53,449 bases of DNA. Source: Candidatus Dojkabacteria bacterium (GTDB lineage: Bacteria; Patescibacteriota; Dojkabacteria; JAFGLO01). The notes below the pieces were generated by a model. That model worked only from the letters and a program-made list of their open reading frames with translations. It made no database searches and had not been told where the DNA came from. Made by a program: the position numbers and the translations under genes. The stretch is from contig DAOOWV010000003.1 in the NCBI GenBank assembly GCA_035371485.1, positions 1 to 53,449 on the forward strand, written 5' to 3'. Of this stretch, positions 1 to 8,873 are shown one piece after another (the first letter of the stretch is position 1; each line of letters begins with the position of its first letter).

Positions 1-1146
1 ACCTATTTATTATCAAAAAAAAGACACAAAACTAAAGTTACACTAAAACAATCAGATCTAGCTCATTTTATCTCGTATATCGGAAGAATTGTAGACTCTA
101 AACCCTCTTTACCAGTTTTGGGAAATATACTTGTTGAAGCCCAAAAGGATTCACTGATCCTTACTGCAACAAACTTAGAGGTAAGTATGCAGGTTACTGT
201 CCCCGCTGAAGTGTCAGAAAAGGGAGTTACTACTGTTCCCGCAAGAACATTCGCAGAATTCGTTGCAACACTGCAAGACGATACGGTTACATTAAGGTTA
301 GAAGGACAAATTCTACATGTTGAAACAAAGTCCAGTCAATCCCAGTTTAATACAATGAATAAAGATAATTTCCCTACCTTACCAGCACCAAGTGGAGATC
401 CAACACTTACTATTGATGGGAAAACTTTAAAAGAAACATTAGATTTGGTAAACTTTTCAACAGGAACTGATTCCTCAAACCCTGTTTTTACGGGTGTTTA
501 CGTTAACTTCGAAGGAGATAATCTTGCTTTCGTTTCATCGGATGGATTCAAATTATCGAGATATATCTTAAAAGTTGACCAAAAACCAGAATCATTACCG
601 TGGATAATACCTGTTAAAGGCTTACGTGAAGTTTCAAAACTTATTGATCCTGAATCTGAAGAAGATGTAGTTACCTTTCATGTAGTTGCAAAAGGAAAAC
701 AAATATTAATCTGTTACAAAAACGTTAATATTTATACCAGATTAATAGATGGAGAGTTCCCTGATTATAAAGCAGTAATTCCCAAGGACTATCAATCTAA
801 AGCAGTTTTGTCTTTCTCCGCAATGAAAGATGCCTTAAGACAAATTAATATTTTTGCACGATACATTCCTGGAAACCACATCTCATTATCAATGGATAAA
901 GAAACACAATCAATAGTTTTAGAAGCAACACTCTCAGAAGTTGGAAGTAATAAGACCGTTGTTCCAGCTAAAATTGAAGGTGACAATTTAAAATTAAAGT
1001 TTAGCTCAAAAATTCTCGGAGACATTTTTAATGTAGTAGCTGATGGAGAATTAACTTTTGAGGGCAAACCAGATTCTGCTTCTGTTATCAAAATTGACAG
1101 TTACAAGGATTATATTCACGTTGTAATGCCACTTAGTGTGACGTAA
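1..1146 (+). CDS. dnaN: DNA polymerase III beta subunit (sliding clamp); 5' end at or beyond window edge
   Basis: Frame 1 is open from nt 1 and reads TKVTLKQSDLAHFISYIGRIVDSKPSLPVLGNILVEA, a canonical clamp N-terminus. Length fits a three-domain clamp. TTG-118 in the ORF track is internal and there is no ATG upstream inside the window. Confidence 0.9.
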   Translation, partial: TYLLSKKRHKTKVTLKQSDLAHFISYIGRIVDSKPSLPVLGNILVEAQKDSLILTATNLEVSMQVTVPAEVSEKGVTTVPARTFAEFVATLQDDTVTLRLEGQILHVETKSSQSQFNTMNKDNFPTLPAPSGDPTLTIDGKTLKETLDLVNFSTGTDSSNPVFTGVYVNFEGDNLAFVSSDGFKLSRYILKVDQKPESLPWIIPVKGLREVSKLIDPESEEDVVTFHVVAKGKQILICYKNVNIYTRLIDGEFPDYKAVIPKDYQSKAVLSFSAMKDALRQINIFARYIPGNHISLSMDKETQSIVLEATLSEVGSNKTVVPAKIEGDNLKLKFSSKILGDIFNVVADGELTFEGKPDSASVIKIDSYKDYIHVVMPLSVT

Positions 1147-1177
1147 TCAGTGATTAGTGACTAGATATTCATTTTCC

Positions 1178-1249
1178 ACTTGTTCGTTTGTTCATTTATT
1201 CACTTGTTCATTCGTTCACTCTTTCACTTGTTCGTTAGTTCGTTTCAAC
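1178..1249. repeat. degenerate octamer tandem array, 9 units
   Basis: Counted directly: ACTTGTTC GTTTGTTC ATTTATTC ACTTGTTC ATTCGTTC ACTCTTTC ACTTGTTC GTTAGTTC GTTTCAAC. ACTTGTTC recurs three times in phase. Lies in the spacer after dnaN. Confidence 0.8.
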
Positions 1250-1296
1250 CAGAAGTTGACCAACCTTACTTTTTGAAAATATAGGAGGGCTAGCAT

Positions 1297-2007
1297 TCAC
1301 TTGTTTTGGGGTTCAAATCCAGGTAAATATTTCATTCCGTAGTTTTTACCAATCATCAAACAATAACCTTTTCTTGCCATTGCTTTTATATTAGCTGGAA
1401 AACCAATGTTTCGTATTTTTTTGCGGATTCTCCAAATAATTGAATAAAGAGAGGCTAATGAGATATATTGATTTTCACACCTCACAGCAAGCAAAAGCTG
1501 TTCTTTGGTTACAATATTTCCCTCATTTAAAAGAAGTTGCTCAAAAGTTTTATATTCTAGTGGAGTCAAAAATAAAGAGAAATAGTCATATTTTATGGTT
1601 CCTATAAGAGGATTAATCACTACTTTTTTATTGAATTTCTCACCAAGATGGTGCAATAAAACTTTCTGCTTATAAAGTGCAATTTTATTAATTAACAATT
1701 CTACACGCACTGGTTTCCAAAAACGCTCGACAATAAATTCATTGTACCATTCACTAATTCCAATATCTTCAACGCTATAACCACAAATACTAAATACACC
1801 AATATCCTGACCACTTTTTTGGATCATACGTAAAAATTTAGTTCGTTCAATTCCTTCAAGATCTACAACACATACCCCACTTCCGATATAATCTAGTTGA
1901 CTATAATCTTTAACGTTAATTACTTTATCGCATATTATCTCCAAATTACGAAGTATTGCATTTTTTAGGAAGCAATCTTCCATACATACTGCACCTGAAA
2001 AGTTCAT
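1297..2007 (-). CDS. OmpR/PhoB-type winged-helix transcriptional regulator with atypical receiver-like N-terminus
   Basis: C-terminal ~100 aa fit the trans_reg_C pattern (LTPLEYKTFEQLLLNEGNIVTKEQLL...SLYSIIWRIRKKI...ARKGYCL). The N-terminal half keeps VVDL and a KP motif but lacks the usual N-terminal acidic pair. No kinase gene is adjacent. Confidence 0.6.
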   Translation of the reverse strand: MNFSGAVCMEDCFLKNAILRNLEIICDKVINVKDYSQLDYIGSGVCVVDLEGIERTKFLRMIQKSGQDIGVFSICGYSVEDIGISEWYNEFIVERFWKPVRVELLINKIALYKQKVLLHHLGEKFNKKVVINPLIGTIKYDYFSLFLTPLEYKTFEQLLLNEGNIVTKEQLLLAVRCENQYISLASLYSIIWRIRKKIRNIGFPANIKAMARKGYCLMIGKNYGMKYLPGFEPQNK

Positions 2008-2088
2008 TAGTTTTAGTTGATAAAAGTATAATTTACTGATATTATAATTTCACAGAAGTAACGTACTCAATATTAAAATAGTAACCTT

Positions 2089-2421
2089 ATGACATTTTTT
2101 TTATCAATTATTACAATATCGTTTATTGAGGCTTATCTTCTTTTCTTTCTATCTCAAATTGATAGTTTTTCACCTTACAATATTATTGGAAAAATAGACT
2201 ATTCAAATGTAATTATTGTCGTATTTTTGATTACTAACCTAGTGATGAATGCTCTAAGCTTTTTGGCTGGAGGATTTCTAATTCAAAGAGAAAAAATAAA
2301 GAAGAAAAAAGATCCAAATTATAATCCGATAACGATTAAAATTAAAAAAACGATCTTATACACCAACATTATTGCATCCTTGGTAATATGTGCAATATGG
2401 ACTATTTATATTGCGATTTAA
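2089..2421 (+). CDS. hypothetical small membrane protein
   Basis: 110-aa ORF with three hydrophobic helices and a KKKKD loop. It is the only plus-strand ORF in a minus-strand block. No family recognised. Confidence 0.4.
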   Translation: MTFFLSIITISFIEAYLLFFLSQIDSFSPYNIIGKIDYSNVIIVVFLITNLVMNALSFLAGGFLIQREKIKKKKDPNYNPITIKIKKTILYTNIIASLVICAIWTIYIAI

Positions 2422-2472
2422 AAAAGTCAATACAAATTGAAATTATTACACAGAAAATTTAATATTTTCGAA

Positions 2473-3129
2473 TCAGGGAGATTTACTTACTTCGGTTACT
2501 GAATGATCTAATACTGAACCGGTATCAACTGCAGAAACATCAGATAATGGAATATAAATCCCATCCATTCTTTCTTCAACCCAATTTTGCTTAGATATGA
2601 TTTTATAAGGTAACAAATCCCTTAAGATAACATGAATTTGATCAACATTTTCTTTGTCACCTATTAACAGAATTAATCTTGCAGGTAATCTTAATTCTGT
2701 TTCTATATTCAACAAATAAATACCTGAAACATATGAAAACCAATATTTATTAAGAATACTGAATTCGTACATTTTATCAATTGAATATACTCCTCTTGTT
2801 GTAATTTTATGTTCTACTAACTCTGGTGGCACACTCCACATAACAAAAGTTAAAAATATCATCGCAACAGTAACTGCAATTAACATATACTGTCTTATAA
2901 TGAAAAAGAAAGTAATTGCACAAAGAGCAATAAAAACAATTCTTATGTAATCTTCTTTGGGTCTTTTTCTAAAAAACCTCATTGGAGCTTTCCAAGTCAT
3001 CAAAACCTCGTATTTTAAATTTTCCAATGCATTTTCCCTTGGCACGACTTGAGTTTCCTTACTTTTTACAGATGTTTTTTTACCGGCCTGATTAATTCTG
3101 TAAATTGTTGAGTCTAAAAATCCAGCCAT
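2473..3129 (-). CDS. hypothetical membrane protein
   Basis: 218-aa ORF with a central hydrophobic hairpin (IVFIALCAITFFFIIRQYMLIAVTVAMIFLTFVMW) followed by a soluble C-terminal domain. No family recognised. Confidence 0.5.
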   Translation of the reverse strand: MAGFLDSTIYRINQAGKKTSVKSKETQVVPRENALENLKYEVLMTWKAPMRFFRKRPKEDYIRIVFIALCAITFFFIIRQYMLIAVTVAMIFLTFVMWSVPPELVEHKITTRGVYSIDKMYEFSILNKYWFSYVSGIYLLNIETELRLPARLILLIGDKENVDQIHVILRDLLPYKIISKQNWVEERMDGIYIPLSDVSAVDTGSVLDHSVTEVSKSP

Positions 3130-3226
3130 TTGAAATAAATTTACAAATTATACACATATTTTACATCATTTTATAATTCTTGTCCAAAAAGCAAAAGGTT
3201 AAAAGAATAATTTTTCACTCACTCCT

Positions 3227-3742
3227 CTACGGTTTCCAAAGATTTTTTCCAAATTCACCCTCAACAAATTCATGCAACTTATGACGTTCAATTTTATTAA
3301 TATCCAAACTTAGCTCTTCACAGATTTTTTTCAAGAAGCTCTCTCTCAATTTCTGCGCCTCTCCTTTGGAAATGTTTCTAACAGAAAGGACTTTTATAAG
3401 TTTCAAAAGATATTTATAGATTTCAACTGCAACATACTGTTCTGGTAATAATTTACATAAAATATTGGTAACATAAAGAACTGTAAACTGATTTTCTAAA
3501 TTCATAAGTATATTAGGCTCTTCGTAACCTAATATGGAATGAAGTGTTCGAAATCCAGATTTATCTTGTATAGATATTTCAACACAATTAAGCAAACCAA
3601 TTGCAGGAGAAATCTTTCTACTATATGCACCATTAACTCCCAAAGCATATCTTCCTAATTTTGGACTAAAAATCCAAATCAACTTACTATTATCACGAAC
3701 CTTTATATGTCTAATAACTATTCCACTATCATTTACTATCAT
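3227..3742 (-). CDS. recO: RecO-like DNA repair protein (short form)
   Basis: The N-terminal OB-fold pattern GIVIRHIKVRDNSKLIWIFSPKLGRYALGVNGAYSRK...LNCVEISIQDKSGFRTLHSI parallels RecO (AFVLHSR...GRVRLVAKGARSKRS...). LYVTNILCKLL matches the RecO helical region. The C-terminal Zn region is missing. Confidence 0.55.
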   Translation of the reverse strand: MIVNDSGIVIRHIKVRDNSKLIWIFSPKLGRYALGVNGAYSRKISPAIGLLNCVEISIQDKSGFRTLHSILGYEEPNILMNLENQFTVLYVTNILCKLLPEQYVAVEIYKYLLKLIKVLSVRNISKGEAQKLRESFLKKICEELSLDINKIERHKLHEFVEGEFGKNLWKP

Positions 3743-5555
3743 CTCTTTTGCCTACCTTCCATTTATAGATTGTGTAAAACCTTTCTTCCAAATGTGTGCT
3801 CATCATAACCTCAACACCACTTATTTTGCTATCAACGTAATATTCAACAGTAGGGTGAAAAAGGTAGAGTGCTGGCATATCATAAACCCAAAAATCCAAC
3901 ATTTCACTATACATTTTTTTTCTTTGTACTTTATCCATTGTCTGTCTTGCACGTTCAAGTCTTACATCAACCTGAGTACTTGCATACTGTGAAAGATTAT
4001 ATCCTGGATGCTCAACCTGACTTGAATGCCAAAGGGTATAAGGATCCGGATCTCTTCCTTGTTCAACCTCGAAAAGCAATAACTCAAAATTTCTTGTTTG
4101 AATAGTTTCGGATGCTATTTTTTGAAAATCTTGGGGATCTTTTTCTATTAAAACACCTCCAGCTTTAAATGAGTTAACGATGAAATCAATTATTTTCTCA
4201 TTGTTTTCACTATTCATATAAGAAATTTTCATTGAAAGAACTTCCCCATTTTTTTCACGATAACCTGTAGTTTCATTTATTTTCCAACCAAGTGAGACTA
4301 ACGCTTTATCTGCTTTTTCAAGATTAAATTTAAAATATTCAAGATTAGGATCAAATGCCCATGAGTCAGTAGGTATTGGACTATATGCAGGGGAATCACC
4401 CTCCCCAAGATATTGTACTAAAGCATCTCTATCGATAAGCATTGACAATGTTCGCCTAAGTTCTGGATCTGTTACCACTGAAGGGACTTGTGTTCCATCA
4501 ACGGTTTTGGTTGCCCCTACGTTAATAAAAATCATTTTAACATTGTGACTTAATGGAATAACATGTCTTTCAAAATATGGATATTCCTGCTCCAAAACAT
4601 CAATAATTGCTTTAGTTGGATTTACAACAGAATGTATCTTCTTTCTTCTTATTTCTTTTATTAAATCAGTTTCACTTCCAAACAGCCTAAAATGAATTTC
4701 TTCAAGTTCTGGTTTTATTCCAAAATACTCTTCATTTCTAACCAAGACCACGGTATCAGTATTATGACTTTTAACAATATAAGGTCCAGTACCTATTGGA
4801 AATTGGTTGAAAATACTTAAAACAATATTATCTTCACCTCTTATTTCTTGCCAAATATGTTTTGGTACAATTCCCAAAGAGATCGTCTCTAAAAATACAG
4901 GACTTGCACTAGGTAAAATAAACTTAACTCTGAAATCATCTATTTTTTCGACTTTAATATTTTGTTCACCTATCTTTGGATATCGTGAAAAGGTAAACAC
5001 TACATCATCTGCAGTAAATCTTATTGGATCTTCATCCTGTGCACGTTTATGCCAAAGCACATCATCCCTTAATGTAAATACATATTCAGTTTGATCACTA
5101 TTAATGATATAACCTTGAGCCAAATAATAAGTTAATTTCCCTTCTTCATCAACGGTAAAAAGTGGTGAGTAAACAAGAGTTTCTATGTCCTTCTCAGCTT
5201 GATTATTACCATCTACCAATGGATTTATCACTAGTTTTGAAAACTCTCCAGTATTTGGATCTCTTGTCATAGGATTAAGATAGGCTTCATATAGAATTTG
5301 CTTCTCATTTGAATAAACATACCAATCGGAAGAGAATGCCCACCCAATCAATGGGAATACAACAATACTAGAAATAAAAATATAACTTAAAGGTCTTGTT
5401 TTTTTTATAATATTTAATAACCAATCGGGATAATTCCAAAACCAATCTCTAAACTTATAAAAGCCGTTTGATAAACTTGTAAAAAATTTTTTTATGAAAT
5501 TAACCAACCCCTTGAAATTTGAAATTTTAAATTCTAAATTATACCTGTCCACCAC
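3729..5555 (-). CDS. ABC transporter substrate-binding protein, family 5 (peptide/nickel type), membrane anchored
   Basis: N-terminal TM anchor (LSYIFISSIVVFPLIGWAF), then an SBP_bac_5-like pattern (YVFTLRDDVLWHK...FTADDVVFTF). 608 aa. No permease or ATPase genes are adjacent. Confidence 0.7.
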   Translation of the reverse strand: MVDRYNLEFKISNFKGLVNFIKKFFTSLSNGFYKFRDWFWNYPDWLLNIIKKTRPLSYIFISSIVVFPLIGWAFSSDWYVYSNEKQILYEAYLNPMTRDPNTGEFSKLVINPLVDGNNQAEKDIETLVYSPLFTVDEEGKLTYYLAQGYIINSDQTEYVFTLRDDVLWHKRAQDEDPIRFTADDVVFTFSRYPKIGEQNIKVEKIDDFRVKFILPSASPVFLETISLGIVPKHIWQEIRGEDNIVLSIFNQFPIGTGPYIVKSHNTDTVVLVRNEEYFGIKPELEEIHFRLFGSETDLIKEIRRKKIHSVVNPTKAIIDVLEQEYPYFERHVIPLSHNVKMIFINVGATKTVDGTQVPSVVTDPELRRTLSMLIDRDALVQYLGEGDSPAYSPIPTDSWAFDPNLEYFKFNLEKADKALVSLGWKINETTGYREKNGEVLSMKISYMNSENNEKIIDFIVNSFKAGGVLIEKDPQDFQKIASETIQTRNFELLLFEVEQGRDPDPYTLWHSSQVEHPGYNLSQYASTQVDVRLERARQTMDKVQRKKMYSEMLDFWVYDMPALYLFHPTVEYYVDSKISGVEVMMSTHLEERFYTIYKWKVGKRDDSK

Positions 5556-5628
5556 CTACCACTTACTACCTAACAATCAATATATCCCTTATCACTCATC
5601 ATCTATCATTTATATATTCATCAGTTTA

Positions 5629-5850
5629 TTAGCTCGCCTTTACAATCCAAACGGTCAATGCTACAAAAATCACTGCAACACCTATTGTTAAATATAATAT
5701 CACTTTCTCAACACCCCTTCTTGCTCTGAATGTTTCACCAGTTCCACCCAAAAATCCACTCTGTCCATCACTTCTATTTTGAATAAGAATTAGTAAAACT
5801 AATATTACAGTTACAACAATGTGAGAAATATACAACCAATTACTTGCCAT
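5629..5850 (-). CDS. secG: preprotein translocase subunit SecG
   Basis: 73 aa with two TM helices flanking a Gly-rich loop: VILVLLILIQNRSDGQSGFLGGTGETF...RGVEKVILYLTIGVAVIF. Confidence 0.8.
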   Translation of the reverse strand: MASNWLYISHIVVTVILVLLILIQNRSDGQSGFLGGTGETFRARRGVEKVILYLTIGVAVIFVALTVWIVKAS

Positions 5851-5936
5851 AAATTTCTAATTCATTAATTATTTAGTTAACATAGCGATTATAGCACAAC
5901 AATCAATATGTGACAATTAAAAGCAGTATTGAAAAT

Positions 5937-6503
5937 TTACTTCATTTGGGTAGTAGCAGCACAAGTAATATTATAATCTGAAGAACCTCCGGTACAATAG
6001 CAAATCTCCCCTTCATCACCTTTTGCATTTGATTGTTTTACAGGACTAGTAGTATCTAATTGCACACACAGTGCATAAGAAGATGTATTTTCCGAGGACC
6101 TAGTGTAGGCATAACATCCATTACTCTTACAAGGTTCATTATTAAAATTAAAACCGTCAGAATAAACAGATAAATGATTCATCAATGAATCGTCTGATGT
6201 AGTTATTTTTGAATCTGTAATAGAAGTATCCTCAAGAGTCTCCTTAGACGGGAGAGATCTTATTGGAATAGTGAGAGTTATTATTCTTTCTCCACCACTT
6301 TGAGAATTAGAAATGATTGCAGTACTTGGAGTTCCATCCGAAATAATACCGATTCGGGGATATTCTGACTTGTCATTATAATAAGCCTGAAGCAATGATG
6401 CAATTTGATCAACATTTTTTACCTTTCTAGTTATCCTCCCTTGCTTTATAGCGTAAGATCCTCCAGCAATTGCACCTATGGAAAGTAGTCCGATTATGGC
6501 CAT
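5937..6503 (-). CDS. type IV pilin-like protein, paralog lacking a canonical start for its prepilin leader (possible pseudogene)
   Basis: Shares LVELLIVMAIIGLLSIGAIAGGSYAIKQGRI and a 6-Cys C-terminal pattern with 7018..7533. The frame is open upstream to 6554, encoding KSKENKVAFTLVELL. There is no ATG/GTG/TTG between the in-frame TGA (6555-6557) and ATG-6503. Confidence 0.6.
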   Translation of the reverse strand: MAIIGLLSIGAIAGGSYAIKQGRITRKVKNVDQIASLLQAYYNDKSEYPRIGIISDGTPSTAIISNSQSGGERIITLTIPIRSLPSKETLEDTSITDSKITTSDDSLMNHLSVYSDGFNFNNEPCKSNGCYAYTRSSENTSSYALCVQLDTTSPVKQSNAKGDEGEICYCTGGSSDYNITCAATTQMK

Positions 6504-6597
6504 GACTATAAGTAATTCTACTAAAGTAAATGCAACTTTATTTTCCTTTGATTTTCAAGTCAATATTTAAGAAATTTATTTATAATTATTACTTATC

Positions 6598-7014
6598 TTA
6601 TTTCCCATAGGTAACTAACTCACCATGAATATCATAGAACAATGAGATTATAAAACTACCAACGATTAATGATAGAGTATCCGATAATTCAATAGCTTTA
6701 ATAATTACAAAACCAGTATCAATGCTACCAATAGTTGTAGAAGTTACTCCAATTCCAGAGGCTATATATTGTGAAGCATAAAAACCCAAAACAACAAGAA
6801 CAGTCCCCATAATCAAACGGGTTAGAAAGTTTCTGGATACTGTAAGAAATTTGAGTGTATTATCTGTGAGGAACAAGAGTATTGCGATAAGCAAAATAGC
6901 TAGAAACGTAAATAGATTAAGAGGGGATACACTGATCCCCCCATAAACCCATATTCCTGTTATTACACATAACAAGGCGGAAAAAATCCCACCTAGCAGT
7001 TTACGAAACTTCAT
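6598..7014 (-). CDS. hypothetical polytopic membrane protein between the two pilin genes
   Basis: 138 aa with four hydrophobic helices. Tightly packed, 3 nt from the upstream pilin stop. No family recognised. Confidence 0.5.
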   Translation of the reverse strand: MKFRKLLGGIFSALLCVITGIWVYGGISVSPLNLFTFLAILLIAILLFLTDNTLKFLTVSRNFLTRLIMGTVLVVLGFYASQYIASGIGVTSTTIGSIDTGFVIIKAIELSDTLSLIVGSFIISLFYDIHGELVTYGK

Positions 7015-7017
7015 CTT

Positions 7018-7533
7018 TTATTTTCTAGCTGTTGTTGCTTCACAAGTTGCATTATAATTGGTTCCTCCACCAACACAATAACAATGTTCTTTTGTATTAG
7101 CAGCAGTTCCTTTGGCATTTGACTCTTTTATATCAGTATCGGTATCTAGCTGAACGCAAAGAGAATACTTTTCCGCACCTCCATACGAATAAGCATAACA
7201 ACCATCACTACTACACGGTTCATTTTTGAATGAAAATCCCTCAGCATACGAAGCCAGTGCACTGTCAGCAACCAAACCATCTACATCTACAGTTGTTGCT
7301 CCAATAGGAAGTTTAGTAACACCGATCGCATTAGGATAGTCCAATTTATCGCCGTAATATGCCTGAAATAAAGTTGCTATCATATCTACGTTCTTCATTT
7401 TCCTAGATATTCTACCTTGCTTAATAGCATAGGAACCTCCAGCTATAGCACCAATTGAAAGCAATCCAATTATAGCCATAACAATCAATAGCTCTACTAA
7501 TGTAAAAGCCTTGGTCTTTGACCTTCGTCTCAT
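7018..7533 (-). CDS. type IV pilin-like protein (prepilin N-terminal motif)
   Basis: MRRRSKTKAFTLVELLIVMAIIGLLS is a short basic leader plus FTLVEL hydrophobic helix, with Ala rather than Gly at -1. I moved the start to ATG-7533. The track's extension to 7599 is an AT-rich, Cys/Tyr/Ile-rich shadow. Confidence 0.75.
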   Translation of the reverse strand: MRRRSKTKAFTLVELLIVMAIIGLLSIGAIAGGSYAIKQGRISRKMKNVDMIATLFQAYYGDKLDYPNAIGVTKLPIGATTVDVDGLVADSALASYAEGFSFKNEPCSSDGCYAYSYGGAEKYSLCVQLDTDTDIKESNAKGTAANTKEHCYCVGGGTNYNATCEATTARK

Positions 7534-7607
7534 AAATAGACAGTTAAAAATTAAATAGTAATCACAATTCATTATAACAATGTAAAAGATTTTTGTCAAT
7601 AGGAAAC

Positions 7608-7691
7608 GAGTGCTGAATTATGAGTTCTAAGTTCTGGGTTATGAATTATGAGTGCTTAGTTCGGAGTGCTGAATTGTGAGTGCTAGGTTAT
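7608..7691. repeat. degenerate heptamer tandem array, 12 units
   Basis: Verified base by base: GAGTGCT GAATTAT GAGTTCT AAGTTCT GGGTTAT GAATTAT GAGTGCT TAGTTCG GAGTGCT GAATTGT GAGTGCT AGGTTAT. Confidence 0.85.
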
Positions 7692-7720
7692 TAATTAGAT
7701 ATTATTGTATTTTAGAGAAC

Positions 7721-8077
7721 TTATGATTTAAGGTTTTTCTTTGTAGAAATGATAATGCTTTTAATTATTTTAAAAATTGAGTTTGCTTCTAACAGTAATT
7801 CCACAGTATCGATTTTCAATGTCTCTTTAATTAGTTCCAACCAATAAATAGTTTCATCTGTTTCTTTTTGAGCAATATTTAGTTTGTGAATAAAATCCAT
7901 TTTACTTTCAGCATTTTGAGCTTCTCTTACATTTGCACCTATCGATGTTCCAGACCTAAGTAGTTGTTCACTAAGGATAAATTCATTTTTATCCTCTCTA
8001 ATATATTTACAAAAGTAAAAAATTTTAATTGCAAACTTAAAAGTCCTTTCCTGTATACCAATTGAATCCCTACTCAT
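7721..8077 (-). CDS. four-helix-bundle protein (23S rRNA intervening-sequence protein / Avd-like family)
   Basis: Family hallmarks: LLRSGTSIGANVREAQNAES..DFIHKLNIAQKETDETIYWLELI. 118 aa. Confidence 0.8.
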   Translation of the reverse strand: MSRDSIGIQERTFKFAIKIFYFCKYIREDKNEFILSEQLLRSGTSIGANVREAQNAESKMDFIHKLNIAQKETDETIYWLELIKETLKIDTVELLLEANSIFKIIKSIIISTKKNLKS

Positions 8078-8099
8078 TATTATTGAAATTTATAATGTT

Positions 8100-8130
8100 T
8101 AACAAAAACTCACCTGCCTGACGTCAGGCA
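8100..8130 (-). terminator. possible efp terminator: 16-bp perfect palindrome followed by a U-run
   Basis: TGCCTGACGTCAGGCA (8115-8130) is self-complementary. On the minus strand it is followed by GGTGAGTTTTTGTT. The U-run sits 6 nt from the stem, so it is not a textbook terminator. Confidence 0.35.
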
Positions 8131-8158
8131 CGGTAACTCACAACTTCTAACCCATAAC
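8131..8158. repeat. degenerate heptamer array, 4 units, inverted relative to 7608-7691
   Basis: CGGTAAC TCACAAC TTCTAAC CCATAAC. The reverse complement (GTTATGG GTTAGAA GTTGTGA GTTACCG) belongs to the same family as 7608-7691 read in the GTTCTAA GTTCTGG GTTATGA phase. Confidence 0.55.
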
Positions 8159-8161
8159 TAA

Positions 8162-8722
8162 TCAGGTTACTCTCTCTACATACTTTCTCGTCTCAGTATT
8201 GATTGCAATTTTATCACCATTTTGAATAAATAAAGGAACATCAATTTCGTTACCTGTATCAATTTTTGCCTTTTTGGTTGCATTGGTTGCAGTATCTCCC
8301 TTTACTCCAAGCCCAGCATCCACAACTTCACGTACGATTTTTAATGGAGCTTTAAAAGCTATTGGTTTCTCTTCATAAATAACAACCATATATTGTTCAC
8401 CTTCTTTTATAAAATCTGCAAAATCACCTATCTTTTCTTTTGATAATGCAACTTGTTCAAATGATTTTGGATCCATAAAATAATAATCAGAGCCATCATT
8501 ATATAAGTATTGATATTCCAATGTATGTACTTCAATCTCATCAACCTTTTCTCCAGATTTGAAGGTAAAAACTGCTTGTCTTCCTGTAATTAAGTTGTTC
8601 ATTTTAACTCTAGTAAAAGCTGAACCTTTTCCAGGAGAAACAAATTCTTTATCCACTATAACGTGAGGTTCTCTTTCAAATAAAATGTATTGACCCTTAA
8701 AAATTTGAGTAGTTGGTGCCAT
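8162..8722 (-). CDS. efp: translation elongation factor P
   Basis: MAPTTQIFKGQYILFEREPHVIVDKEFVSPGKGSAFTRVKMNNLITGR is the canonical EF-P N-terminus including the KPGKG-like loop. About 186 aa. Start set at ATG-8722. The track's extra 17 codons overlap a heptamer array. Confidence 0.9.
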   Translation of the reverse strand: MAPTTQIFKGQYILFEREPHVIVDKEFVSPGKGSAFTRVKMNNLITGRQAVFTFKSGEKVDEIEVHTLEYQYLYNDGSDYYFMDPKSFEQVALSKEKIGDFADFIKEGEQYMVVIYEEKPIAFKAPLKIVREVVDAGLGVKGDTATNATKKAKIDTGNEIDVPLFIQNGDKIAINTETRKYVERVT

Positions 8723-8729
8723 CTTTATT

Positions 8730-8806
8730 AAGTAACAAATAATAATTAACAAGGAACAAGTGATGTAAATCAAACATCAATTATAACTAATAATGAATTA
8801 ACTTCA
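8730..8806. repeat. degenerate heptamer array, ~11 units, upstream of efp
   Basis: AAGTAAC AAATAAT AATTAAC AAGGAAC AAGTGAT GTAAATC AAACATC AATTATA ACTAATA ATGAATT AACTTCA. The periodicity decays toward the right end. Confidence 0.5.
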
Positions 8807-8873
8807 AAGTTTGTTCCATTAAATGAATACTTGATCCATTTCCGAAGTATATTCTAACATATCTTATTAAAAT

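Noticed and set aside
7608-7691. Heptamer/octamer arrays as CRISPR arrays
   Set aside because: Units are 7-8 nt, contiguous and degenerate, with no spacers. No cas genes are present.
8723-8773. N-terminal extensions given by the ORF track for efp (8723..8773) and the pilin (7534..7599), and TTG-35035 for lexA
   Set aside because: The extensions encode Ile/Cys/Tyr/Leu-rich junk over repeat or AT-rich spacer DNA. Canonical family N-termini begin at the internal ATGs.
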